Positions 38,121 through 50,876 of a DNA stretch of 64,000 nt are shown here, one piece after another. Below the pieces are notes generated by a model. The model worked only from the letters and a program-made list of their open reading frames with translations, was not told the origin of the DNA and made no database searches. A program made the position numbers and the translations under genes. Where the stretch lies: the NCBI GenBank assembly GCA_964270895.1, contig OZ185436.1. One strand, given 5' to 3'. This stretch comes from Podarcis filfolensis. Taxonomy: Eukaryota. How positions within the stretch are numbered: position 1 is the stretch's first letter; each line of letters starts with the position of its first letter.

Positions 38121-38603
38121 CCGTTGGTTGGATAATAACAAGGAATAATACTGTCCCCCTGTCCTCTGCTGGGCTGCAACCTTCTCAGAGCAGTTTATAG
38201 CAACAAAAGATGTGTACAATAAAATGTAGGGAGGTTACCTTTCCTAACAGGGCTCCTGACAGCTCCATGACAAGAAGTAACTAACTGAGGGGATGGAGAG
38301 CAGGGCTCCACTAGCTCAGCTGAGAGACCAGTGCTATTTGGTTTCTCCTTTCCTTGAACCATTTCCATTCAGACAGGTCATTGTAAGAACTTTGCAACAT
38401 TAGAATCTTCCCTCATCATCCATTTTTCCTTTTATTTCCTTATTTCATTTCTTTAAGATCATAAGCTTGTGGATGGGGAGTGTCTAGCTTGTTGCTGATG
38501 TTATGCAAGACCCCTTTGGGCTGAAATGTGGAGTAATAATGCATAACATAAATAATGAACTCAAATAGGTGCAACATTGAAATGCTGACTTCACACCCCC
38601 CTA

Positions 38604-38845
38604 CAGTGTTACCTCGGGTTAAGAACTTAATTCATTCTGGAGGTCTGTTCTTAACCTGAAACTGTTCTTAACCTGAGGTACCACTTTAGCTAATGGGGCC
38701 TCCAGCTGCTGCTGTGCCTCCGGAGCACGATTTCTGTTCTCATCCTGAAGCAAAGTTCTTAACCTGAGGTACCATTTCTGGGTTAGCGGAGTCTGTAACC
38801 TGAAGCGTATGTAACCTGAAGCGTATGTAACCTGAGGTACCACTG
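38604..38845. mobile_element. pogo/Tigger-type MITE
   Basis: TIRs cagtgttacctcgggtta / taacctgaggtaccactg, TA TSD. Confidence 0.9.
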
Positions 38846-39449
38846 TATTAGACACCTGGGGAAAAGGAAGGATATGCAATAGACAGGACTTATCTTAGAT
38901 CTTGAAAATTGTGGATATGAAATGGTATTTTCTGTGTTCCACACCTTGCATAAGCCCTGCTGGCACAGACATTTAGCTGACCTTTGCAGGAGCATGTTCC
39001 TAGAGAGAGGACAAGCTAAGTGCGTGTTAAGTTCTTATTTAATATAAGACAAGCTGACTCACTTTGTATGCCCAGAACAACAGGCTGTTTATTGATGAAC
39101 AGGCCGAACACACAACTATATCGGAAAATGAAAGCAGTCAGGCTGCAGCCATCACAGGCACTGTTTTATTCTTTATAAACAGTCCTCTCTTGTGAGGATG
39201 AAAGGATTCCCATACAGATACTGGTGAAACTCCTTTAGGCTGAATAGTTAGGCTTTCCCTTTCCAGCTGACAATAGGCCCATTCTGCTTTATTTAGAGCT
39301 CATCCATACTTACCTTTCCTCCACTCTTTTCAGGCACAGTCTGCTCCATTTAAAGCTCCATGTCTAAAGTGCCCCTGTATTGCTCCAGAGCTTTCCCCAT
39401 GAAAACCTGCTCTTTAAAGCTCAATCGGAGCTAAGATCAATCTATGGAA

Positions 39450-41390
39450 AACCTGAATTAATGTTTGCTCCAGTTCAGCTTTAAAAAGCAGGTTTTTGAG
39501 GGGAAAGCTTGGGCCACCCCCACAAAAGACTAAAACCCTGCTCAGACATGGAGCGTTTAAGCACAGACCTCTGTGGGGCAAAAGGTAAGTGTGGATAACC
39601 TCTTAGTGTCCTGGGGGCAGAACCAATAGACTCTTCTTTGGCTGGATATATTTTACAGGACAGAACAGGCCCCAGTCCACAGGATGAAGCGTCACAAAGG
39701 TCAAAGTGGACCAACAATTCTGTGGATCTGAGTTGCTTCTTAGATTCTTGGAAAGTCTCTCCAGGATTTCCTATAAGATGTTTTCTGTGTCCCTTTGGAA
39801 TCTGCCTGGTGCCGACAAATCTCCATGGGACAACCTGTTACACTGGCACAACCCTTTGTGTGTATCAATTGAAGTATTTCATGCAGTCCTCCTCAAGTTC
39901 CATCTTCTAGTAAGCCTGGGACATGTCCAGCTTGCAAAAATGTCTGCCTCCTCCAAGCACTGCTCAGTTTGTGGAATGGGCTAGTTGTCTTGTTCAGAAA
40001 CTTGCTTGCTTGTGACTTTGTAGTCCTCACAGATGCAGACACTCCCATCAGGCTTAGCCACAGGCACTAGGGGTGTTGCACTGCCCATTCTGAAAACAGC
40101 ACAGAGGAAATGATGCCTTCTCATTCCAATCTATCCAGTTTGATTCATTTCTCTCTCAGAACATAGGGTACCATTCTGGCTTTTCAGTATTTTGGCTGGC
40201 TGCCCTCCTAGATATAAATCCTGACCCTTATTCCTTTTGCTGTACCTAACCCTTCTTGAAATATTTTAGGTCCTTGTAGGTCTGACATTTTACGTACCTC
40301 TACTTTCCAGATTTGGTCCCAGTCTAGTTTTTAGTTCCTTCGGCCATTTTTAGCCAAACAACTTTCTCCCTTTATGACTAACACCTACAAGATTTTATGC
40401 TGTCCTTTTTGTGTGACTGAAATAATCATTGATCCTTGGACTGGGGTACTTTCCTCAGTTTAAAACCTTAATTAATCATTCTTGTCTTAGCCAATGGATT
40501 CAAGCCTCCTTTATATTGTTGGTAAGTCTCTTCATTGTCTATTTTAACAACAGCTCTTGTATCCATTTCCAGGCCTACTGGATGATTGGACTGTAGTTAT
40601 TTTAGAAGGCTCCACTTTCCCCCTTGTTAAACAGAGCTTACTGATCTACCTTCTTCCCACTCTCCTCCAGTAAATGACAAGCATTTTGTTTTCTTGACTA
40701 TCCCTTGGCCCGTCTCAGTTGTGCAGCCCTTTGCAATTTATTGCTAAGTGCCCAGTTTTCCTGCATATATAGCACTGAGGACATTCTGAGTCTTTAAGCA
40801 GACAGTGACTGCATTCTTCCACAAATGACAACACCTCTCCAGACCTCTAAGTCTCTGTTGTGGGCTGTGCACTTTATAGACTCATTTTGAATGTCTTAAT
40901 TACCAAGATGCAAATCCTGCAGATTTCTCACTGCTTCTTCCCACGGCTGTTGCAGCCTTTGCAGATTTGTTGCAGGTCAGCTCCCCATCAGCCAGTAATT
41001 GCTTTGGGATTTTAATATCACCAGCTCCACACACAAATCTAACTCTTCACATCTTCTCCAGAACATTTCCAAAAGAAAAAGGTCCAGTCAGCTTTTTGAG
41101 ATCAGCTCTACTCTGTGCTATAGATTAGCCTTCTTTCCTTCTCCTACTATGGAATTCAAAATGTTCCACAATTATGCTTGGCCTTGGAATATAGTGGTCA
41201 GACAAGATCTTTTGCAATTCTGCCAAACTTTTGTCCCTTGGCTGTTGTGGTTGCACCAAACTCCTTTAAAGGAAGTAAGTTCTACTGCTACAAGCACTGA
41301 GAAACATTGCCTTTTGCCACCCTCTGTGATTTCATTGGCAGGGAAATAGTGGTCTAGTCTTTCCGCTTATTGCTGCCATTTTTTAACAAG
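39450..41390 (-). pseudogene. Decayed Ty3/Gypsy gag-pol internal region
   Basis: Minus strand, in Gypsy order: gag ERLDHYF..KSLAELQKILSDHYIPRPSIIVEHFEF (about 41100-41370), zinc knuckle CYICRKTGHLAINCK (about 40730-40775), protease-like EMDTRA (about 40565), RT N-half PLVPVAKPDGSVCICEDYKVT..KLDMSQAY (about 39760-40130), RNase H LLVHFD..CDASSCGLGPVLS (about 39640-39720). Many stops and frameshifts. Confidence 0.85.
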
Positions 41391-42998
41391 TTGTTCTCTC
41401 CTGTTAGTACTCTGAGAATACTCTCCTGTCAGTATTTTTAGTTGCAGCACGGCAGGCAGAAATCCAATTAGTGTGGCCTCTCCCAGCAATGAAGTACAAT
41501 CCAGGGGGAAAGCTACTGTTGTTGAATTCTTCCTGTCATGCATCTGTTAAAAATGCAGGTCCATCAATCAGAAGAAGAAAAATCCTGCTAATCACCAAAT
41601 GGGGTTCCTGCTTTCTGAATTGCTCCTCTTCCTGTGCATTCTAAAGTAATGCTATAGGCAGAAATTTAGTTTGCAAACCTTTTCTTGGCAATGGAGAAAA
41701 GTCATTGAAAAACCTTTGCCTGCCAAATTTCTTCATGCCCAGCTGCTGTTAGAAGACCAGCTTCAGAGCCAATAGAGGAGGTGTCAAATCTAAGGTTTGT
41801 ATTGGGCTACTAATACACAGCAGGCAACAATTGATCAGTTGGCCTCCAGGCTGCCGTCTTGCTGCTACAGATTGAATGGCTGCTGTCCTGAAACTGTCCC
41901 ACACCAGGAAAAAGCTGAAAATGAGCAAATGGGACTTTCTGAAATAGATCAAAGGAGACTGGAATACACTTTGACAGTTGCATTTAGTATTGGCCACTGT
42001 CAGAGGAAATGATCCAGATGGTTGTGTCACATATTGGAGGGCTCTTAAGAATTTCCCCTTTCATCAGTGAATCCATCCATGAACTAAGGGGAGGTGTGTG
42101 TTGTTTCTTTGTTTTTTTAGCAAATTGTAAACTTGGGGCTGGATTCAACTAATGGGTCCTGCTAGCAGATGCCAGGGCAAGGACTTCTGCCACCTGAAGC
42201 AGGGCTTCCCCTCTCTCTTCCCACCATGTACCCCAAATTTTCTCAGGGTGTGTGTGAAGCAGGGGAACTCCCAGGACAGTATGGGGGGGGGAGGAGCTTG
42301 CACTGGCAGAACAATATCCTTAGCACTATGTTGAATTTCTCCCACAGTGTAGGAGTAGCTGGAAGAAAGCTGCATGGGAAAATGTCTGGGGCGTTCACCT
42401 CTCAACACAGTTATAGCCAGGAACAGGAGACCGGGCCAAAAAGGACTACTGATCTGACTCAGGAAGGTTGCTCCAATGTTAAGAGTCAAGCTGTCCCAGC
42501 TATTGTACATAATAACAAAAAGATACAAGTAAGATCCTGTATCTATTCAGGGGATTTACTTCCAGCTGCAATAAGAAATTCAATAATGCTTCAAGGTCTC
42601 CAATGTCATAATGCGAAGGGAACATGAAACAACTGAAGACAGTCACATATCATAAGCACTGCACAGATGCTTCATTTCCAAGCAATTATATACAGACATA
42701 TATATTATTCTGCAGAATATATTCATTAACTCTAAGTTCGATTAGCTCAGATGTTCTTCCCATTAACAAAACTGCTAACAGTGAAAGACCTGTGAGTTAA
42801 TACTAGCATAAGCCAACAACTTTTGTAGATTTAGCATCCTGCCAACATTCTAGATGCTAACTCCAATGCTTCCATTTCATTTCCACCATAGTCATTCACA
42901 TGACGGTTTTATAAAATTATGTTCAAACCCCAAACCATGCTGTTTGGCAAGATTTAAGATATAACATGACACTGGCTGTACGTGGGCACAGCCATCCA

Positions 42999-43127
42999 TT
43001 TGTTGTTGTTGCTTAGTCGTTTAGTCGTATCCAACTCCTTGTGACCCCATGGACCAGAGCACGCCAGGCACTCCTGTCTTCCATTGCCTCCCGCAGTTTG
43101 GTCAAACTCATGCTGGTAGCTTTGAGA
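42999..43127 (-). mobile_element. RTE-BovB LINE 3' end
   Basis: Reverse strand reads ggaagacaggagtgcctggcgtgctctggtccatggggtcacaaggagttggatacgactaaacgactaagcaacaacaacaa, the BovB-type 3' UTR with a (CAA)n tail. Confidence 0.8.
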
Positions 43128-43507
43128 GCTGGGCATGTTTAGCCTGGAGAAGAGGAGGTTAAGGGGTGATATGATAGCCATGTTCAAATATATAAAAGGA
43201 TGTCACATAGAGGAGGGAGAAAGGTTGTTTTCTGCTGCTCCAGAGAAGCGGACACGGAGCAATGGATCCAAACTACAAGAAAGAAGATTCCACCTAAACA
43301 TTAGGAAGAACTTCCTGACAGTAAGAGCTGTTCGACAGTGGAATTTGCTGCCAAGGAGTGTGGTGGAGTCTCCTTCTTTGGAGGTCTTTAAGCAGAGGCT
43401 TGACAACCATATGTCAGGAGTGCTCTGATGGTGTTTCCTGCTTGGCAGGGGGTTGGACTCGATGGCCCTTGTGGTCTCTTCCAACTCTATGATTCTATGA
43501 TTCTATG
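43126..43507 (+). mobile_element. Young CR1 LINE 3' fragment
   Basis: End of ORF2 (FSLEKRRLRGDMIAMFKYIKG...), CR1 3' UTR and (ATTCTATG)n tail. Differs from 61804-62190 at two positions. Confidence 0.95.
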
Positions 43508-43859
43508 CATGTCCAATTCTTGCTGCCACATTGCACACCTTATCCTTTAAGGTGGATCAAATCATAGGAATTTAGTGTACCTTCATATGCCCTGAATCTC
43601 AAATTATATCATATATCTAGGTGGCAGGCATGTGCACACTTACCTGGAAGTAGGCTTCATCAGATGCATTGAGACTTACCTCTGAGTAAACAGGCACAGG
43701 ATTGTGCTGTCAGTGGGATTCTGCATGCCCGCCCACCACCTAATCAGGCACTGACTGAGAGCAATTTTCTGCTGCAGGAGGTTTGTAGAATATAGATGTA
43801 ATAAATAAATAGAATCAGACATATATAGCCTTGTCACTGTGACTCATGCATCGGCAACT

Positions 43860-44100
43860 TCAGGACTGAACTATTGTAATGTGTTCTGTGTGAGGCTGCC
43901 CTCAAGGCTGCCCTAGAATCCAGTGCAGAATGCTATGTTGCTGAGTGGGCACATGTTACACCATTCTTAGAAGTGGTTCAGCAGCTACCTGTATGCTACT
44001 GGGCCAGGCTTATGGCTTTAGTTCTGACTTACCTGAACATCTTGGGGCGAGGATTCCTGAGAGAGCACCTTTTCCCGTCTCAACCTGCCTGGTCATGTAA
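43860..44100 (+). mobile_element. Decayed L2 ORF2 fragment
   Basis: gactgaactattgtaatgtg...aggctgccc...ccagtgcagaatgct resembles the L2 motif RLDYCN..GLP..VQNAA. Confidence 0.45.
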
Positions 44101-44106
44101 GATTGT

Positions 44107-44317
44107 CAGTGGTACCTCGGGTTAAGAACTTAATTCGTTCCGGAGGTCTGTTCTTAACCTGAAGCACCACTTTAGCTAATGGGGCCTCCTGCTGCTGCTG
44201 TGCTGCCAGAGCATGATTTCTGTTCATATCCTGAAGCAAAGTTCTATTTCTGGGTTAGCGGAGTCTGTAACCTGAAGCATATGTAACCTGAAGCGTATGT
44301 AACCTGAGGTACCACTG
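44107..44317. mobile_element. pogo/Tigger-type MITE, internally deleted
   Basis: TIRs cagtggtacctcgggtta / taacctgaggtaccactg. Flanks are TGT/TGT rather than TA. Confidence 0.88.
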
Positions 44318-44322
44318 TGTAT

Positions 44323-44359
<37 letters not shown>

Positions 44360-46257
44360 TTGATGAATTACCTCTGACCACTCTGCAACCTGTAGAAATT
44401 TATCTTGCAGCAACCAAGGGAAGAACCTTTTCAGCTGTGGCACCCTTTTTAACACTTGTTGAAAACTCATTTGTTTTTCTCAGGCCTTTCTAGGCCACGA
44501 GTACCTGTCAGTTGTATTGATTCATTTTATGTCTGCTCTGGCCTGTTAGGTGCTGTTTTATTTTATTTTGCATTGTATTTTTTTAAAAAACCGGTACGCT
44601 GCCTTGTAATTCCAAATGAAAAGTGGTAGAGAAACATTTTAAATAAATCAATAAAAACATTTGCAGTTTTATACACTTTTCCGTTGCCAGCCTTAAGCCG
44701 TTGTTATCACCCTATGCTTCCTTGGCTACAGGCGTAAAAACAAAAATGAAAAACAATAGTGACATTTCCTTCTCTGAAAAGCAATTTGCTACAAAGAAGA
44801 CCTGTAAAAAGGCCGGTGTTTCTGACAATGCAACATCTTGAGATTCTAGAATGTGTAAGGCTCCATCAACCTTATTAATAGGAGAGACATGTTTTCCTAA
44901 GACATGTTTCCCTCCCACACCAAAGGTCCAGGCAAATCATGAAGCATTGGGTTTTCTAACCCTAAAATGATGACGATGATGCTCCTGCTCTGTTCTGTAT
45001 TTTCACTTTCCATACTTCCTGCTGCAGAGACATTGTTAAGAGCCTCCTGTGGCTCTGTGTGCACCGAAGCGCTTCAATGCGCTCGGCAGGGTGCTGTTGC
45101 ATTGCTGTTGCAGCTGCGGTCCAAGAGGCTCAGAGAGCATAGGCAGACAGAGAGTGCCTTGGTGCAAATCAGTGATCAAACTCCATTTGGAGAAAAGGGA
45201 AATAAAGTGCACATTGCATGCTACCTTACATTTCAATTACTGCTTTATCTCCTGATCGTTGTGCAATTAACTTGTGTCACCAAGCACTGCGGGTGTCAGG
45301 CATGCCCGGAATGAGAATTGGAGGTTATCTTTGCATGAGTGTCGCAGGAGGTCACCTCTCTTGTGCCGTGCTCTTCATATTTAATAAATATGACTCTGCT
45401 GGGATAATTCTTTCCTGCGTTCCCTTTTATTGACTGCGAGGGAGAAGTGTCTCTTTCTCTTGAAAAAGAAGAGGACCACCTGTCCTTGTTTTCACACTTT
45501 CCCCACACAGTGGCATGGAACATGGAAAGGTTTGTCCGCATGAGGCATTTGCAGTGTAAGCCAATGTGTGCTTACTCAGAAGTAAACCTAAGTAAATGTG
45601 CATCAGATTTCACTGCGAAGTATGTAAGGGCTGTAAATGCTCTCCATTGGGACATGCAGTTGGCTGACTACGTGTCATACTTGGGACTTGACCTGATTGC
45701 CAGAAAGTGTAGACACCATTGATATATGTATTTTTAAATATTAATATTCAGTATGAAACGTCTTTCTTCCTCTTCAAGGGAAGGACTGTAACTTGCATAT
45801 AGAAAGTCCCAGCTTCAATATCTGGCAACTCCACATAGGGCTTTGAGAGAATCCTGTCTGATACCCTGGAGAGCCAATGTCAGTCATTGTGGACATCACC
45901 CAGGAAGATGGACCAGTGGTCTGACGTAGTATAATGCACTTCCAACATTGAAAGGTACTCAGCTGGGAATTGATAGTGATGCTTGCTTCTCTTTGGTGAC
46001 TCCTAGCCAACCATCTGCTTTTTCGCAAAACTGTCTCGTGACTTATAGTGGAAAGTGGCCTATCAATATCTTAATAAATTAATCCGTAAATGCCAACGAG
46101 TTGAAGCCATGTTACTTCATGGCAGCTCTATGGCATTGTATCATTTGCCCCCATGCTAGTGGAATTATGATCTAGAGCCCTGCTGGATCAGGCTGACAGT
46201 CCAGCATTCTCTTCTGACAGTGACCAACCAGATGGCACCAGAAGATTGCTAAAGAAA

Positions 46258-46908
46258 TGTCACGGCTGGTTCAGCTGCAGGTCAGCATGGAGACACAGAG
46301 ATGAGCAATGAAGTTAATTCTTTATTCAAGGAAACAGAATGCAAACAGAGAAACCTATGGGCAAGACTTGCTCCCAGTTAAGCAGTTGTCAGAACTGACA
46401 ATCTGTGCCCCCCATTTCCCTCTATATCTCCTCCTTGGCCGGATGTTTTCCAAGCAGTCTTAAACTGCATCAGGGAGTCCCCTGTGCTTTTGGTTCTGCT
46501 TCATGCAAGGCCCTCCGTGCCCTTGGAGACAAGGGACAAGAGGAGCTTAATACAGTGGGACCGGCAGGCTCCCATGAAGCTGCTACAGCCTCTGCCCCGT
46601 CCTCCTCCTCAGCTGCCTGTCCTGCATCTGCAGTGCTTTCTGCCTTTGGTTCCTCTTTCTCACTCAAGCTTGTTACTTGTTCATCTTCCAACCATTCTGC
46701 CGCCCCTTATCCTCTGACCTGTCTTCCGGGCCCCACCACCACTCCCTGGCTCAGATCCTTCTTCCTTTTATGCTTCCCATGCAGGTTCTCCAGCTGGAGC
46801 CTCCCACCAACCCTCATCATCCAGCCAGTCCCTGACAAGGAATCCTTGAAAGAATGTTGAACCCGGAGCAGTTGCAGCAGATTCCACCCACCCTTCTGTG
46901 GTGTCACA
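46258..46908 (-). mobile_element. Solo-LTR-like element
   Basis: TG...CA ends (tgtcac / gtcaca). On the minus strand a TATA-like GATATAGA at about 46421-46428 precedes AATAAA at 46326-46321, about 60 nt from the end. No TSD found. Confidence 0.55.
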
Positions 46909-47433
46909 CTCTAGAACTCGCTTTCTACGTATTATCTAAATATTGGCAGTGCTGAAAGGAGGATTAGAGTCAAATACCATTGCCTGATATGTTGAAAAGG
47001 GAACTGACAATGCGATAAACCTAAAGTGACAGGCTGAGAACGTTCGTTCTTTTCTCTCCACAAGGGATACTAATTTTCTTCACAAATGGAAAGTGTCTGA
47101 CTTTTGAAGGCTCCTGTAGTGTTGGAAATGCATTTGTTCTAAATTTTGTGCAGTTTAATTTGCTTTGCTGAGCTATCTGTGCATTAGCTCACAAGGCCAA
47201 CAAGCTGACCCTTTACCTCATAATTGTAGCGGCTCCAGATGCCGCCCAGGATAAATGCACAAACGTCTCTTGGCAACTCTGGCTTCACATGGCCCAGTCA
47301 TGTGAAGAAGATGTCTAAAGCACAGTCCCCATCTTAAGGGAGCTACCACTTGCATGTGTTAAAAGCTACCACAGAGAAAGTAAACATTCTGACAGCAGGC
47401 TTCAAAAGAAGTGCTATTACAGTATGTGCATAC

Positions 47434-47434
<1 letters not shown>

Positions 47435-47497
<63 letters not shown>
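47435..47497. repeat. (GACA)n(CA)n compound microsatellite
   Basis: Direct reading. Other simple repeats: (CA)n at about 31158-31186, 32808-32848 and 35246-35282; (GT)n 48976-49009; (ATT)n 38083-38120; (GA)n 44325-44355; (GTT)n 35819-35841. Confidence 0.95.
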
Positions 47498-47500
<3 letters not shown>

Positions 47501-48972
47501 TGAAGCTGCCTGTAGAGAAAAGCAGGCACTGTCTTTAAAACATCAATTTCAGTGACCTCCAAATGGTGGGACTCAATACTTTTCAGGTATTGCTGGGCTG
47601 CAGATGGGGAACACTGGGAAACAAGAGACTAAGAAGGGGCTGGAGTGTGTGCAACTCAAATGGAGTCCTAAACTAAGACTATGTTATCCAGTGATAACAG
47701 GATAGAGCTTGTGTTGCTTTCATAGCTGTATATATGTGAACTTTTTGGTTGGATGAGACTTGTTGATTCTTTCAGTACTATGGCATCATCAGCTTCACTT
47801 GCTGAAATTTTTAGCTTCTGTACCACATGTATAAAACTACAGGAGCATTTCCCTCTGTTAACTCTGGGTGGCCATGAGTAAAAGAAGAAACGACTCCTGC
47901 ACCTTTAATGGTTGTGTAGAAGAGAAGATTTTGCCATGCATACCTTGTCAGAAGCCCTATCCCCTTTCACATCTGGTCACCCTATTTTGACTAGACATGT
48001 ATGAACCCCGTGGGCTGCTAGTAAGTTTAGAATAGCAGTTTAACATCCATCACCTCTGCCAACAGGAATCCTGGTGTCCAGATGTGGATCTAAAGGGTTT
48101 GGATACATAAATGATCCTGTGGTATCGGAAATGCTAACGACCTTGGTTGTTATGAAGCAGAAGCTCATATTATCAGATGGAAGCAGAACTTTCCCTCTTC
48201 TTACAGGCAGAAATTGGGAGCCTAGAAGAGCCAGAAATCAGTCAGTGAAGTTTTCCCCATCATCCAGGTGCACCTTGGTACCTGGAAAAATCTTCACCTG
48301 CTGACTTCTTCCTGCTGTGTAGCTCCTAAGGGCACAGGGTATCTTCTCACAAAAAGAGGACAACCTTAGATAAAGGCTCTTGCTGATGGTAGGAGAGGGG
48401 GCTGTTTGTTAGTTTGTTTATTATTTTTCCTGGCCCGCAAATGTTCGGGAATCGAGTGCTTTGGTTGGATACCACATGCACCCACCTCACATTTAGTAAG
48501 CTAAAGTATATAATAAGAGCCGTGGAAAATAATGTTTTGCTCCGTGTTTCTGAAACAAATACGGCACCACACTCCCCCTTGAAAGAGAAATCAGCAGATC
48601 AATGAAGTTTTCATTTGGCTGTCATGTGCAGCGGGTATGAAAGGGATTGGTCCTTACCATAACAGAGACAGGATGCTGAGATTGTGCTATCAGCTGGAGA
48701 ATGGAGCATCTGACTGGCGTACTGTTTTATCCCTTCCAGAGAGATGACTGCAACAAATGAAGTGCTTTTGTTATATTTTTGTTCACAGGCAAGAAAACTG
48801 ATGAGCCACCTGAAGCCAGACAGGAGGGGTTGGAATAGTTGGCAGGCAGCACATAGAGAGCAAAAGAGAGAGATTACCTACCCAACCCCTTGCTAGCATA
48901 AATGAACAGGAAACCCAGCATGAGATTCTTCCGGCATCTTATCTGGAATGGGTATTTAGTGACTTGTAACCA

Positions 48973-49012
<40 letters not shown>

Positions 49013-49376
49013 ACGTGTGTGTGGAGGAATGTGTACACTTTTCCCCAGGTGCTGTGGCTGCTACTAGAGAAAGAAACAAAACCCTCAGTCTCAGACAATA
49101 TCCTCCCAAGACTTCTCAGTCAGGGGATTCAGAACGTGTCCCCCTGACTGATATGGCCATCTGCTCATCTTCAGAAATCACACACATCAGATTTCATTAT
49201 CAGGGAAGCTGACTGGAGGTTTTAAAGAGATGGGGCTGGACTTTTTCCAAGCAGGGAAAACATCCACATCTTTTGTGGAGGAATTTACCTAGAATATACC
49301 TGAATCCTTTCCACCAGAGGGCTGGGAGGGATTGGGTACAGTCAACCAAACATTTATGATGCTGTCTTCCTGTGTA

Positions 49377-49531
49377 CAGTCATACCTCATGTTACAGATG
49401 CTTCAGGTTGCACATTTTCGGGTTATGGACACGCCGAAACCCGGAAGTACCGGGTTGCTGCGGGTTGCAGATGCTGCAGGTTGCGAACGTGCCTCCCGCA
49501 TGGATCACATTTGCAACCCAAGCGTCCACTG
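49377..49531. mobile_element. pogo/Tigger-type MITE (second family)
   Basis: Ends TA-cagt...actg-TA. The internal cccggaagta motif is also seen in 14549-15203. Confidence 0.65.
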
Positions 49532-50807
49532 TACTTAATAAGCTGAGACAGGTGTAAACCTGACTGTCATTATCGCTCCATGAAGAGAAGACTCATCCCA
49601 TCCCAAACTCCTTTCAATTCAACCATGTGACCCAACAACCCAACCCAGTAGAAGTTACCTTGGCAAAAAGTTTGGTGTAAGTCACACCTGCTTTGGCAAG
49701 CATTGCTCTGAATTGGGGAACTGTTTTATTATTTTAACTGATTTAAATGTCGTGCTTTTACATTATTTGTTTAATTGTGTATTTTAATAAATGATGCTTT
49801 AAAGTTATTGTGTGTTTTAATTGTATCTTGACTTAATAGTTGTTAAATGCTTAGAAGCCATTTTGACATCTAACCAGTATGGAAAATTAATATGATGATG
49901 ATGATGATGAAAGCAGCCTTACTTCTGTGTCCTAGTATATGTGAGTTTGACCAATTACATTATTAACCCAAGCAGTTGTACACATTTAATATACGATATG
50001 GCTTAAACTTAATTTTGAAAGCAGCATGCGTGGATCCGATGCATTTGCATATAAGTTCAGCCAGTTGTGAACACTGAAATTTCAGGCTGAAATAATGATC
50101 GCATTTCTTTCTAAAAGGCTCATGGTCCAGCACTTGGGACTAAGAATTTGGGAGTTACAGTCAGATTTTACAGGTTATAATCTAAAAGTAATGTATATGC
50201 CGAGGTTCATACATGAATAAAAAGAGCTGAATGTGTGTCTTCAAAAAAGAAAGACCAGTTTCCTTTGTTAGCTTTGCAGGCCTCAAGGAGTCTGATTGAA
50301 TGTCATTTCAGGACAGTAGCGCCTATTTCCCTGCCTGTACTTCAAGGAGAACCATCTGACATTTTCTTCTTCTATTACTGACTTACGGCATGATGCACGC
50401 TTCCTTAGCTGCTCAGGTAGCATGGGGATTTAGTGTGTGGTGCTGTTTCTCCTTTCTAATTACATTTTTCTAAGAGCTGTGACTGTGGTGAAGAACTTAG
50501 GAAATACACTCAACTTTCCATTATTGGAAGAATCATTACCAAGACACACACCGAGAACCTCCTGGTTCGTGAAAATTTGGGGAAACAGAGTGTTGTTGTT
50601 TGAGGGAAAGCGAAAAAGAAATAGCTTTGTTGTCCTGAAATAACCTGTAATAATTCTCCTCTGAGACAAAAGAAAAATAGAATAAATTACACAAGTAGAC
50701 TTGAAGGAATTAGGGGTGCTCATGAAATTCTCCCCAACCAAATTTCTCCCTGGATTTTGGAGCTATAAATTGCCTGATCTTAGCAACATGCCATTTTTTA
50801 TTTTCAG

Positions 50808-50876
50808 ACTTCATTCAGATGGATGAACAGAGAAGCAGTGTGGAGCTCACATATTCCACCCCTCCTTACTATACAG
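50808..50876 (+). CDS. Candidate 69-nt exon of an unidentified gene: (x)FIQMDEQRSSVELTYSTPPYYT(G)
   Basis: Acceptor ttttttattttcAG, donor CAG|GTAACC, length divisible by 3, open in a symmetric phase-1 frame. No protein family recognised. Confidence 0.3.

Noticed and set aside
37680-38135. 151-aa ORF
   Set aside because: It reads through MITE fragments, a local tandem duplication and an (AAT)/(ATT) microsatellite.
39000-39200. 3' LTR of the Gypsy relic
   Set aside because: I could not identify a matching second LTR, PBS or PPT near 41500-42050.
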